Assembly: GCA_963839205.1 (NCBI GenBank)
Contig: CAWITU010000002.1
Location: forward strand, 75,034-139,033
Length of the DNA: 64,000 bases
DNA from: an uncultured bacterium
Lineage (GTDB): Bacteria; Patescibacteriota; Minisyncoccia; Phycocordibacterales; CAWITU01
Direction: 5' to 3'
The notes under the pieces are model-generated. The model was not told the DNA's origin. It was given only the letters and a program-made list of their open reading frames with translations, and made no database searches. Shown in pieces: positions 41,875 to 51,807 of the stretch. The first letter of the stretch is position 1. Each line of letters starts with the position of its first letter. A program made the translations under genes and the position numbers.

Positions 41875-43047
41875 ATGAGTACTATTTTTACATTAGAAAA
41901 AATATGGAATGCCTATGAAGATTGCCGGAAGCGTAAAAAGAATACAGTTAATGCCCTGAAATTTGAGCTTAATCGTGAGAAAAATCTTGTAAAACTTTTG
42001 TATGATCTAAAATCTCGCCGTTATAAAATTTCTCGGCATATCTGTTTTATTGTTACAGTTCCTACGCCACGAGAAATATTTGCTGCGGATTTTCGAGACA
42101 GGATCGTTCACCATCTTTTGTATAGAGAGCTATATGAAATGATTGATGTTGATTTGATTGCTGATTCATATGCTAATCGACGGGGTAAGGGAACCCATTC
42201 TGCTGTGTCTCGTCTTAGTAAATATATTAAGGAGATCAAAAGTGAGACGGGTGGAGGATTTTATCTTAAGCTTGATGTCCAGAGTTTTTTTCGTTCTATA
42301 GATAGAAGTATTTTATTTAAAATTTTAGAGGACAAATTATTAAAAAAAGTTTCAGGTTATGTGTTTAATTCCAATCACGACGACGTGTGGTTACAAGAGG
42401 TGTTTTGGCTTTTGAAGGAGATCATTTTTAATGATCCGACACTAAACTTTATTTATAAAGGAAATCCAGCTTTACAAAAACTCATTCCCCCGAATAAGTC
42501 ACTGTTTTATTCGGGGGGACGAGGATTACCTATCGGAAATTTGACTAGTCAATTTTTTGCTAATGTTTATCTTAATGAACTTGATCAATTCATTACAAAA
42601 AAACTTGGCTTCAGTAAATATCTTCGCTACGTTGACGATTTTGTTATTGTTTCCGACGACAAGGAAAAGTTACGCTCGTCAATAAAACCGATTGATGATT
42701 TTATACGTCAGCGTCTCAATCTTAAAATCCATCCCCATAAGATTTGTCTTCAGTCAGTTTCCTTGGGTATAGATTATTTGGGATATTTTATAAAGCCAAC
42801 ACATAGTGTAATAAGGCAAAAAGTTGTTAGTAGGTTTAAAAACAAATTATATAAAATATCGCACAAAGAGAGTTTGTTGCGCGATCAAGTTGAGCAAATT
42901 TTACCTATGATTAATTCATATTACGGACATTTTAGTCATGCCAGTAGTCACAACTTACGTGTTGCTCTCTATAAAGAACATATGTTAAAATTAAAGGAGA
43001 GAATCGTTTTTGATGATAAATATAATAGTGCTAGTTTAAAAAAATAA
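41875..43047 (+). CDS. DGR reverse transcriptase (390 aa)
   Basis: PREIFAADFRDRIVHH, SYANRRGKGTH, LKLDVQSFF, GLPIGNLTSQFFAN, RYVDDF, DYLGY. Confidence 0.96.
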   Translation: MSTIFTLEKIWNAYEDCRKRKKNTVNALKFELNREKNLVKLLYDLKSRRYKISRHICFIVTVPTPREIFAADFRDRIVHHLLYRELYEMIDVDLIADSYANRRGKGTHSAVSRLSKYIKEIKSETGGGFYLKLDVQSFFRSIDRSILFKILEDKLLKKVSGYVFNSNHDDVWLQEVFWLLKEIIFNDPTLNFIYKGNPALQKLIPPNKSLFYSGGRGLPIGNLTSQFFANVYLNELDQFITKKLGFSKYLRYVDDFVIVSDDKEKLRSSIKPIDDFIRQRLNLKIHPHKICLQSVSLGIDYLGYFIKPTHSVIRQKVVSRFKNKLYKISHKESLLRDQVEQILPMINSYYGHFSHASSHNLRVALYKEHMLKLKERIVFDDKYNSASLKK

Positions 43048-43096
43048 TCAATCTAAGACCAGAGTAAAACATTTTATTATAAATAAAATTAAATTT

Positions 43097-43855
43097 ATGA
43101 AAAAAAAGCCAATAGTATTTTTAATAACGATCGCAGTGGTAATCTCTTTTGTGGGATTTGCTGGGTCTTCTTTAGTTGCAAAAGCTGCAGATAAAACATC
43201 ACGTCCCATTGTTGGAGTAGTTACAGGAATTAATGGCACAACGCTTACAGTGGTCACAAGAAACAATGCTACTTACAGCGTAGATGCAGATAACGCCGAT
43301 GTTGTTACGGGTTTTTTAGGTTTTTGGGCAAAACCTTCTTCTTTTTCTAATATTCAAGTCACAGACACTCTTACTGTGAAAGGAGATGTTAGTGGTTCTT
43401 CAATTATTGCTATTGATATTGCCGACAATAAGACACCAAGTAATGCTCTTTCTGAAGAATCTTTAAAGCCTTCTCCTACTGATGCCACTTCGACTCAAAC
43501 AAATTCTGATACGCAAAATTTGAATGAGCAAGCCTCATCTACCAATTCAGATGCTTCATCAACGATCCTAGATACCCTTCAAGGGATTGTAAATAATGTA
43601 GTAGCAGGTGTGTTTAGTGGCACATCTATAGGAACTTCAACTACGGTTGACGTAACATCTACTTCAACAAATTATACAGATTCGAATCAGCAAGCAGATG
43701 CAAGCACTACAGCGACAACAACTTCAATTGTAGATACAGTGATTAATACCATTTCAAATACAGTTCAGAGCGTTGTTAATGCTGTCACTGGTGGAGCAAG
43801 TACCACTGATAGCACTAATTCAAGTGATGCCTCAGCTTCAAGTACAGATCAATAA
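43097..43855 (+). CDS. Secreted protein, OB/DUF5666-like domain plus S/T-rich tail
   Basis: Signal peptide; GVVTGINGTTLTV...YSVDA...V.G...IIA..I; low-complexity C-terminus. Confidence 0.6.
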   Translation: MKKKPIVFLITIAVVISFVGFAGSSLVAKAADKTSRPIVGVVTGINGTTLTVVTRNNATYSVDADNADVVTGFLGFWAKPSSFSNIQVTDTLTVKGDVSGSSIIAIDIADNKTPSNALSEESLKPSPTDATSTQTNSDTQNLNEQASSTNSDASSTILDTLQGIVNNVVAGVFSGTSIGTSTTVDVTSTSTNYTDSNQQADASTTATTTSIVDTVINTISNTVQSVVNAVTGGASTTDSTNSSDASASSTDQ

Positions 43856-43924
43856 TCGAATTTACACTTTCCCACATATTTGGAGTAGTAAAATATGGTA
43901 TCTGTGTTAAAATCTATAATATAA

Positions 43925-46900
43925 ATGGACAAAAATTTCTCTGGAAATAAAAAATTATTTAACGGAAGTTTTATTTTCGTCATTTTTTTTGTGTTATTTG
44001 CTTGTGCAATTGTTTTACAAACTACGGGTGTATTTGCATCAACGTCAACAGCACCTATTGATTCAGAGTATCATTATGCATGGGGAGAAAATGTCGGTTG
44101 GATAGATTTCTCAAATGTAAATGTAGACTATGCTTCCACGACTCTTAGTGGCTACGCTTACGGTGAAAATATTGGCTTTATTTCTTTGAACTGTAAAAAT
44201 ACTGATTCTTGTGCATCCAATAATTACGCTGTCACCAATGATAATTATGCGGGGGTACTTGGTGGATATGCTTGGGGAGAAAATGTCGGTTGGATTGATT
44301 TCTCAAATGTAACCTTTTCTACGAGCACTGGAGTTTTCAGTGGCTACGCATACGGTGAAAATATTGGAAATATTATATTTGGCACGAGCACTAATAAGGT
44401 CGTTGTTGATTGGGTGCCACCACTTGCAACAAGCACTCCAGTGACATCTTGCGGGACGATTGTATACCCCGGAACATATACTCTAGGTTCTGACATCACT
44501 GATAATTCTACTTCGACCGCATGTTTTACTGTCCTCACCGACAACGTAATCATCAATGGCCTTGACCCTATTGATAACACAACAATTCACACTGTCACAG
44601 GTAATGGAAGTGATTATGGTGTAGATGCAGAGGGGATTGATTCTGGTGCAGACGGACATTCAGTTACTGTAGAAAATATTTCATTGAATAATTTTAGTAA
44701 TGGAATCAGCACGAATGCAAATAGTAGTGGAAACGGAAATGGGGGTTCTCTCACTGTTACGAATGCTACAATTATCGGTGCTGTTTCTGCAAGCGGGTCT
44801 GGTTCTGGCCAAAGTGGTACTGTTTTAATAAACAACTCCAATATCACTGTTCCAAATGGTTCATCGTGGACACTGAATGACGGGGGTACTGGCAACATTT
44901 GGATATTTAATGGTAATAGTTTTAATACTGGAACTATTCATGGTACGGCTAAATTTTATAGCACTTCTCAAATGCAATCTGGATCGGCTGATACCTGTAA
45001 TTTTTATGAAGCAAGTAGTATAACAGGTGGTACTTGTGGCACGATTAACTTACTGCAACCATATTATTTTGATCCTACATCAGATTCGTTATGGAGTAAT
45101 CCATCCAACTGGTATTGGAAGAGCGGTAGTGCTACTAGTACAGTTCCAGACACAGCATCAAGTACTCCGCAGACTCAAGATACGGTTTATTTAGGTGGAA
45201 CTCCAACTAGTACCCCTAATACCATTTTAGCTACTATCTATGTCGCAACATCTACACCAAATACTGGTGATATTGCCGTAGATCTTACAAATCTCACTGG
45301 CCCAAACACAGTCACAAACTTTTACAACGGACACAGTGTCGGTAATATTCAAGGAACAATTAACCTTTACAATAATCTTTCACTTTCAAGTGTCAAAGGG
45401 ACGGGTACCCTTGATCCTAATATCATCATTAACTTTTATGACACCTCACATAACGATGTCTCCAATGTATCGGGAACGTTGAATTTTTATGGTCACAGTT
45501 ATAATTCATCAAACGGTAGCGCTGTAAATACTCCAAATTTTTACGATTCTAGTTATAATCAAAATACCCTTCAATCAGCTGTTTTTGGTGATGAAAGTAA
45601 TAATACTGGCACAACCACAAATGCGATTTTTAATGGAACTTCCACGAATTCTGGGTCAGTTGGTGTTGCTACATTTAATGATAATAGCAACAACACTGGT
45701 AGTGTAGGGCAAGCCACTTTTAATAATAGTTCCTACAATATCGGTACATCCACTATTGCCACTTTCGTCGGTGATCTTTCGGAAAATTTTTACCAATCTA
45801 TTAATGGCTCTGTTTCTGGAGTAAAGACTCGTCTATATACGAATTTAGCTCCGCAGGTTAATTTACTCAGATCTTTTGTTGATTCGGCTTGGACGATTGT
45901 CGCAGATAATACACTAGTTAAGTTACTCTTTAGAAATCTAATCGATATATTTGGAAGAAATGCAAATACTACGACAACATTGGTTGAACAAAATGGCGGT
46001 GTAATTCTTCGTCCATTAGCTCCAGGTATTATTTCATCTTGCGGAGTTCTTGATACAGAAAATGGGACATATACCCTCGATACATCTACGGATGCTCAAA
46101 ATTATTTCTTCAATTACAAATATGACACTTGTTTCATTGTCCGTGCCAATGGTGTAACTATCAATGGTGCGAATATGACAGTGAGAACTAGCTCAAATAG
46201 TTCATCTTCAATTGCTGTTCTTGCCACATCGACGCCTTCACAAGATGGCACTTATAATGCTTTTACAAACCTTACTATAAATAACATTAGATTTGCAGGA
46301 TTTGCATACGCAGCAAACGCAGATGGTACGGATAACCCAAGTGGTGCGGGAGGTAATGGAGGAGTTGTCTCATTTGCCACTTCAACATTAAATGCAAACA
46401 TTCTTGCTGATGGTGGAAATGGAAGTGCAGACGGTGGCAATGGTGGTTCTATATCCATTGTTAACGTCAACACTAGAGGCTTTACTGCGTCAACAACACT
46501 TTCTGTAAATGGAGGTAACAGTACTTCGTGTGGAAATGGTGGTAATGCTGGGACAGTCAACACTTTCCATTCCTCATATAACATAGTCTCCGTGCTTGCA
46601 GGTAATGGATCAAATTCCGGTTGCCCAGGCAATTCTTCGGCAGGACAGGCTGGTTCTTCTGGTGGTGGACATGTAGACGTGGGTGGAAGTAACGGCTCTA
46701 GTGATGATCCAGGAGCAGCTCCTGCGCCATCATCTCCTAGCTCTCCATCATCTCCAATTTCTTATGGTGGCGGTGGTGGCTCCATTTCACTCACTCCTTC
46801 TACTACCTTTGGTGGTGGCTCTCTACCAGTCGTAACCCTTCCAGTTAATATCCTGACCCCACTTCACCTCAAAGCTTTACCAACCTTCGGTTCCACTCCA

Positions 46901-47494
46901 ACCTCCTTCAACTTCTTACCATTAGTGTCTTCGTATCTTTTTGCACCAATTCCAAATCCTCTGGGAGCAGCACTTGTCAAAGATATTTCACTTTCAAAAT
47001 TCATCGCGACTCTCGGAATTAGTAATGCTCAAAGCTTAGCCGTTCTTCAAATCAATCCAGTTAAGCTTCCAAAAACCATAACCACATTGCCTCCAGGATT
47101 GTTCATGGTCACAGCGGGAGATAAGGCGGTTATTACGAGCCTTGTTGCCAATAAAAAGTATCAGTTAGTAGAGTCAGTAACCGTTTCTCCAGGTACCACA
47201 CTAGGAGTGTCTATCATTCCTCAAAATAGCTCGAAGATTACTGCTTCATTTCATAATGCAAAAGTATCATTCGTTCCTGTTAAAACTGGTCCTAAATCAG
47301 AGGTCACTGCAACAATTGTCTCTCCAAATGTGGCTGGAACATATTACCTCACATCCAATGCTTCACCGCTTACCGTTGCCATCAATGTAGTTTTGCCACC
47401 AAAGGTTATAGTTAAACCAACACCGGCTCCGTCGGTGGGGATAACAAGCGTTTTGAATTGGCTTAATTCAGTGGTAAAATTGTTTAAATGGTGA
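43925..47494 (+). CDS. Large (1189 aa) surface protein with GENxGW repeats and beta-helix-like regions
   Basis: Signal peptide; two YAWGENVGWIDFSNV and two SGYAYGENIG repeats; two SCG...GTYTL...CF modules; FNDNSNNTG-type repeats. Confidence 0.75.
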   Translation: MDKNFSGNKKLFNGSFIFVIFFVLFACAIVLQTTGVFASTSTAPIDSEYHYAWGENVGWIDFSNVNVDYASTTLSGYAYGENIGFISLNCKNTDSCASNNYAVTNDNYAGVLGGYAWGENVGWIDFSNVTFSTSTGVFSGYAYGENIGNIIFGTSTNKVVVDWVPPLATSTPVTSCGTIVYPGTYTLGSDITDNSTSTACFTVLTDNVIINGLDPIDNTTIHTVTGNGSDYGVDAEGIDSGADGHSVTVENISLNNFSNGISTNANSSGNGNGGSLTVTNATIIGAVSASGSGSGQSGTVLINNSNITVPNGSSWTLNDGGTGNIWIFNGNSFNTGTIHGTAKFYSTSQMQSGSADTCNFYEASSITGGTCGTINLLQPYYFDPTSDSLWSNPSNWYWKSGSATSTVPDTASSTPQTQDTVYLGGTPTSTPNTILATIYVATSTPNTGDIAVDLTNLTGPNTVTNFYNGHSVGNIQGTINLYNNLSLSSVKGTGTLDPNIIINFYDTSHNDVSNVSGTLNFYGHSYNSSNGSAVNTPNFYDSSYNQNTLQSAVFGDESNNTGTTTNAIFNGTSTNSGSVGVATFNDNSNNTGSVGQATFNNSSYNIGTSTIATFVGDLSENFYQSINGSVSGVKTRLYTNLAPQVNLLRSFVDSAWTIVADNTLVKLLFRNLIDIFGRNANTTTTLVEQNGGVILRPLAPGIISSCGVLDTENGTYTLDTSTDAQNYFFNYKYDTCFIVRANGVTINGANMTVRTSSNSSSSIAVLATSTPSQDGTYNAFTNLTINNIRFAGFAYAANADGTDNPSGAGGNGGVVSFATSTLNANILADGGNGSADGGNGGSISIVNVNTRGFTASTTLSVNGGNSTSCGNGGNAGTVNTFHSSYNIVSVLAGNGSNSGCPGNSSAGQAGSSGGGHVDVGGSNGSSDDPGAAPAPSSPSSPSSPISYGGGGGSISLTPSTTFGGGSLPVVTLPVNILTPLHLKALPTFGSTPTSFNFLPLVSSYLFAPIPNPLGAALVKDISLSKFIATLGISNAQSLAVLQINPVKLPKTITTLPPGLFMVTAGDKAVITSLVANKKYQLVESVTVSPGTTLGVSIIPQNSSKITASFHNAKVSFVPVKTGPKSEVTATIVSPNVAGTYYLTSNASPLTVAINVVLPPKVIVKPTPAPSVGITSVLNWLNSVVKLFKW

Positions 47495-47557
47495 GAATGT
47501 CTTAACCCACTACTCAAACAATATATTAGTAATTATCAAGTAATTTAATTTAAAAAA

Positions 47558-47935
47558 ATGTTTAAAATCGAATCAGGTGTACTAGATAAAACACGATTGT
47601 TCTCAAACTTCCTAATGATCGTGCTTCTTGCTGGAAACCTTTTCTTTACAGCTCAATATTTCGAGAACATGAAGGTTCAAACACCTGTTGTCGATAATAC
47701 TGGAAAGAATATTCAGATTGCACACTTTCTACAGGAATTTATTGTGATCGTCCTCAACCCCCAGACTCCAGTTTCCTCTGACGACAGAGTGAAACTTGAG
47801 AATGATGTTCGACAGATAGGGGATCCACAGATCTTGACAGATTGGCAGAATTTCGTTGCAAGTAATAATGCCAAGGATGCTCAAACTAGCGCTATCAAAC
47901 TTATGTCTTTGCTCTCTGCAAAGATGATTCAGTAG
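47558..47935 (+). CDS. Hypothetical single-TM protein
   Basis: 125-aa ORF with an N-terminal TM segment. Confidence 0.6.
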   Translation: MFKIESGVLDKTRLFSNFLMIVLLAGNLFFTAQYFENMKVQTPVVDNTGKNIQIAHFLQEFIVIVLNPQTPVSSDDRVKLENDVRQIGDPQILTDWQNFVASNNAKDAQTSAIKLMSLLSAKMIQ

Positions 47936-47940
47936 GCTCT

Positions 47941-48155
47941 CGAAATTTCTCCACTTAAGTCGGCGGCTCTTAGTCGGTCCTTTCTTTTTCTGCGCCCGCT
48001 CGAAAAAGTAAGGACACGACACGACCCTAACTCCACCTTACGGTTCATTCTTTCGTGCAAGGCGAAGAAGAAATAGTATTTTGGCAGTCGAAAGATGTGC
48101 GACGAGCCAGTACCGGCGAGAAGTTCTTGAGACAACAAAGTACTATTCTTCGAAG
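47941..48155. repeat. Dispersed intergenic repeat, copy A
   Basis: 48021-48055 is the exact reverse complement of 56115-56149; flanks also similar. Confidence 0.8.
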
Positions 48156-48233
48156 TTGACATTAAGATAGAGAAGAGTATTCTATCGGGTAACAGCCCCG
48201 AGAGGGGTTTTTTATTAAGTTATCTAAATTTCC

Positions 48234-48413
48234 ATGGGAATCGCAGATTATATTAAAGAAACAAGAGTAGAGATGAAGCACGTTAAATGGCCAACTACTA
48301 ACCAAGCAATTGCTTTCACAAGCATTGTCATTTTACTTTCTATTGTAGTAGCTGCTTTTCTTGGAGTTTTTGATTATCTATTCTCTCTCGTTATTCAACA
48401 CATTCTCGGTTAA
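48234..48413 (+). CDS. secE: Preprotein translocase SecE (59 aa, below the ORF-track cutoff)
   Basis: MGIADYIKETRVEMKHVKWPT...FLGVFDYLF, directly upstream of nusG. Confidence 0.92.
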   Translation: MGIADYIKETRVEMKHVKWPTTNQAIAFTSIVILLSIVVAAFLGVFDYLFSLVIQHILG

Positions 48414-48429
48414 TTTTTAAATAAACACT

Positions 48430-48975
48430 ATGGCCAAACAACAAATAAACAGCGAAAGAAACTGGTACGCTATTCACACCTATGCTGGGTATGAAAATGC
48501 CGTTTCTCGAAATCTTAAACAGCGTATTGAATCCTTGGGTATGGAAGGAAAAATTTTCAATGTGCTTGTTCCTACCGAGAAGAAGATAAAAATTAAAGGA
48601 GGGAAGCGCGTTGAGGAAGAAGAGAAAATTTATCCCGGTTATATCCTTGTAGATATGGTTGTTACCGATGATTCTTGGTATGTCGTCCGAAATACTCCTC
48701 GTGTGACTGGGTTTGTTGGATCAGGCGTCTACCCAGTGCCACTAGACAAGAAAGAAGTTGAAGAGCTATTCAAGCGATTAGATACCGGTACTGTTAAACA
48801 TAACATCAATGTTGATGTTGATGACGCTGTAATCATTATTGACGGGCCATTTAAAGACCTTGAGGGCAAGGTCAGTGAGGTTGATAATGAACGCGGTAAG
48901 GTCAAAGTTCTTGTTTCAATGTTCGGTCGCGAAACACCAGTTGAACTTGATTTCTTGCAGGTTAAAAGAATTTAA
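48430..48975 (+). CDS. nusG: Transcription factor NusG
   Basis: WYAIHTYAGYE, VRNTPRVTGFVG, MFGRETPVELDF. Confidence 0.97.
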   Translation: MAKQQINSERNWYAIHTYAGYENAVSRNLKQRIESLGMEGKIFNVLVPTEKKIKIKGGKRVEEEEKIYPGYILVDMVVTDDSWYVVRNTPRVTGFVGSGVYPVPLDKKEVEELFKRLDTGTVKHNINVDVDDAVIIIDGPFKDLEGKVSEVDNERGKVKVLVSMFGRETPVELDFLQVKRI

Positions 48976-48993
48976 GGTATTCTCTACATCTCC

Positions 48994-49416
48994 ATGGCTA
49001 AACAAATACTAAAAAAATTAAAACTTCAGATTCCAGGCGGTAAAGCCGTTCCAGGTCAGCAACTAGGCCCCGTTCTTGGTGGTGCTGGTATTAATATCGG
49101 CGAATTCGTTAAGCGTTTCAATGAGGAGACTAAGGGCCGAATTGGAGAAACTGTCCCTACGATTGTTGAGGTTTATGACGACAGAACCTATAAACTTATC
49201 TATAAAATTGAACCAGCCTCAGCTTTGATTTTGAAAGCTATCGGTATTGAAAAAGGTTCTGGTACTAACATCATCAAAAAAGCCGGTTCTATCAGCAAAG
49301 CAAAGATTAAAGAAATTGCCGAAAAGAAAATGCCTGACTTAAATGCTGGAAGTCTTGAGGCCGCTATGCTAATTATTGAAGGAACTTGCCGATCAATGGG
49401 AGTGGAGGTTAAGTAA
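48994..49416 (+). CDS. rplK: 50S ribosomal protein uL11
   Basis: KLQIPGGKA.P...GPVLG..GINIGEF; KMPDLNA; GTCRSMG. Confidence 0.97.
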   Translation: MAKQILKKLKLQIPGGKAVPGQQLGPVLGGAGINIGEFVKRFNEETKGRIGETVPTIVEVYDDRTYKLIYKIEPASALILKAIGIEKGSGTNIIKKAGSISKAKIKEIAEKKMPDLNAGSLEAAMLIIEGTCRSMGVEVK

Positions 49417-49428
49417 ATTAATTCTGTG

Positions 49429-49467
49429 AAAAGAGGGCGGCCCAAAGGGCCGCCCTCTTTTCTTTTG
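49429..49467 (+). terminator. Intrinsic terminator after rplK
   Basis: AAAAGAGGGCGGCCC-aaa-GGGCCGCCCTCTTTT. Confidence 0.85.
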
Positions 49468-49516
49468 ACTTTGTTCCACAAACTGATAATGTGGCCCTGA
49501 AAGGAACCTCGAAAAT

Positions 49517-50578
49517 ATGAACATAACCAAATCTGACATGACTCAGTTGGCGGCTAAATTTAAAGAAGCGGTTCAGTCTGTCGGTCGCATCGCAATTGTT
49601 ATCGCTCAGGTTGACCCTGATGCTCTCGCTGCGGCTCTGTCGCTTAAGGAAATCATAGCAATGCTTTCGGCCCATTCAACTCACACGGCCATCGACATTG
49701 TTTATGGTGGTGATGTTGCTAATTCGCAAAATCGGGCAATCATCAACTATTTCAATCTGCAGATGATTCCGTTTAGTAAGTACGATTTTTCTGGTAAGTC
49801 TGTTGCACTTGTCGATTCCTCAAAAATTGCTGATCGGCGAATCGCTTTTCCAGAGAACACGGTGCTATCAATGATTATTGACCATCATCGTGAGCCTGAT
49901 CCACCAGCTGGTAATAATCAGTTTTATTGGGTGGATGATGTCGGATCAACGTCGACCATGATTGTCGAGCTTTATCAAGCTCTGGGATTTGAAATTGAAA
50001 AAATCAGTCCGGTCTTGGCCGTAATGCTGACGCTTGGGATTCGAATCGATACCGACACTTTAATCTATGGTTCCGATAGGGACGCCGCAGCCCACGCACT
50101 TGTCGTAAAGCGTTCTGATCCCAAAGATCTGAAAAGGCTTTTGCACCCGTCACTTTCCAAAGATTACTTTGATCACCTCCAGATGGCTCTTCAAAACAAG
50201 TGCCAGAAAGGGGCTCGAATGGTCGCTGGTATTGGGACTGTTGATCGAACAGACGGTGACGACGTCGCCCTGATTGCAGATATGCTGATTCGGGACAATA
50301 CCGTTTCGCTTGCAGTGGTCTGGGCTATTATCGACGACAACGTTCGTATCGCTGCTCGCAACGATGATTCGTCGGAACCGTTAAATGATTTCTTGCGCCA
50401 AAGGTTTGGTCAGGCGTCTGGATCGAAATTTACGGTTGATGGACGAGAAATCGGCGGGGCACTTCTTGAATTTAAGCGTGAGTCCTGGATGACCAAGGCT
50501 TTTGCCTTCGATGAATCTCGAAAGAAATTCGAGGAGTTTATCGGACAGCTCATCAACGATTTGGTATTTCAGGATTGA
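49517..50578 (+). CDS. DHH-family phosphoesterase
   Basis: DPDAL, LVDS, IIDHH, GSTSTM, GIRIDT. Confidence 0.85.
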   Translation: MNITKSDMTQLAAKFKEAVQSVGRIAIVIAQVDPDALAAALSLKEIIAMLSAHSTHTAIDIVYGGDVANSQNRAIINYFNLQMIPFSKYDFSGKSVALVDSSKIADRRIAFPENTVLSMIIDHHREPDPPAGNNQFYWVDDVGSTSTMIVELYQALGFEIEKISPVLAVMLTLGIRIDTDTLIYGSDRDAAAHALVVKRSDPKDLKRLLHPSLSKDYFDHLQMALQNKCQKGARMVAGIGTVDRTDGDDVALIADMLIRDNTVSLAVVWAIIDDNVRIAARNDDSSEPLNDFLRQRFGQASGSKFTVDGREIGGALLEFKRESWMTKAFAFDESRKKFEEFIGQLINDLVFQD

Positions 50579-50592
50579 GGGTAGTAAGAATG

Positions 50593-50623
50593 GAGGCGCG
50601 GTTTTCAAAGAAAACCGCGCCTC
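50593..50623. terminator. Terminator between convergent genes
   Basis: GAGGCGCGGTTTTC-aaa-GAAAACCGCGCCTC. Confidence 0.75.
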
Positions 50624-50661
50624 ATTTTGTTTTATCTTATTATTGACAGCGTAAACGCTTT

Positions 50662-51153
50662 TCAATTCCTTTCCAATTCTAAAAAAGTGTAGGAGTAATT
50701 TTCATCATGACTTTCTTTTTTGTAAGTAATTTTTGAAAATTCGGAACAGTCGGGGAAATAGGTATCACCAGCTACATCTAAATCAACTAGCGTTAGGTAT
50801 AGCTTGTCGGCGAGAGGGAGGGCTTCTTTGTAGATTTGGCCGCCGCCGATTATGAACACTTCGTGTTCGTCTATGACGGCGGCGTTCAGAATGGCCTCTT
50901 CCAGCGAACTCGCCATCACCACTCCATCTGCCACCTGTTTAGCATCACGACTTATTACAATGTTGGTGCGCATTGGAAGAGGCCTCCCAATCGATTCAAA
51001 AGTCTTCCTGCCCATGATTACTGGATGACCTGAAGTTATCTCTTTAAATCTTTTAAAATCTTCTTTTATGTGCCATAACATGGTATTGCCACCCCCGATT
51101 ACTCGGTTTTTGGCTAAAGCAGCTATTATTGAAATTTTTGGTTTGATTTTCAT
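50662..51153 (-). CDS. folA: Dihydrofolate reductase
   Basis: MLWHIKEDFKRFK, MGRKTFESI, PLP.R.N, IIGGGQIY, GDTYFP. Confidence 0.95.
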   Translation of the reverse strand: MKIKPKISIIAALAKNRVIGGGNTMLWHIKEDFKRFKEITSGHPVIMGRKTFESIGRPLPMRTNIVISRDAKQVADGVVMASSLEEAILNAAVIDEHEVFIIGGGQIYKEALPLADKLYLTLVDLDVAGDTYFPDCSEFSKITYKKESHDENYSYTFLELERN

Positions 51154-51198
51154 GGTGGTCGCCTATATACTTTCTTTATTACATTTCAATTCTAACAC

Positions 51199-51807
51199 AT
51201 GACCGAAGGCAACATTTCAATCAATAGAGGAATTTTCAGTTTAGGTTCCAATTTTCAAGAACGCCATATTGAGGACTACAAAAAACTTGGGAAATTAATT
51301 GAGCACTGCAAAGGGCTCGGTCTTAAAATTGTTTTAACACAAGGTACTTACGACATGCTTCATATTGGTCACGCACGTTATTTTGAAAATGCAAAACGTC
51401 ACGGAGATATTCTCGTGGTTGGAGTTGATAGTGATGAAAAAGTCCGCGAGAGAAAAGGGCCAGAGAGACCTGTCGTTCCAGAATCGGAAAGGCTTGAAAT
51501 GGTAGCTCATCTTCGCCCTGTCGATATTGTAGTTTTGAAACCACTTAAAGCTCCGAAATGGAATTTGATAAAAACAGTTAAGCCAGATGTTCTCATTGCT
51601 ACCCGCGAAACATATACCAAAAAGCAGATAAAACAGTTGAAAGAATTTTGTCGGGAAGTGGTTGTATTAGATCCTCAAGCGACTACTTCAACAAGTGCCA
51701 AAATCCGAAAGCTTCAGATTAGCACTGCCAAAAGTTTAGGTAAGGCTCTAACTCCAAAAATTATGAATACGATTGAGGAGGTTCTAAGCAATCTTAAAAA
51801 TAACTAA
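51199..51807 (+). CDS. Cytidylyl/adenylyltransferase-family (HIGH) protein
   Basis: TQGTYDMLHIGH, VVGVDSD, KGPERPV..E.ER, TSTS. Confidence 0.85.
   Translation: MTEGNISINRGIFSLGSNFQERHIEDYKKLGKLIEHCKGLGLKIVLTQGTYDMLHIGHARYFENAKRHGDILVVGVDSDEKVRERKGPERPVVPESERLEMVAHLRPVDIVVLKPLKAPKWNLIKTVKPDVLIATRETYTKKQIKQLKEFCREVVVLDPQATTSTSAKIRKLQISTAKSLGKALTPKIMNTIEEVLSNLKNN

Larger units (their letters stand above)
40354..43047 (+). mobile_element. Diversity-generating retroelement DGR2 (target/VR - hairpin - avd - TR - RT)
   Basis: All canonical parts co-oriented; 134-bp TR/VR pair with 24 adenine-only differences. Confidence 0.97.
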
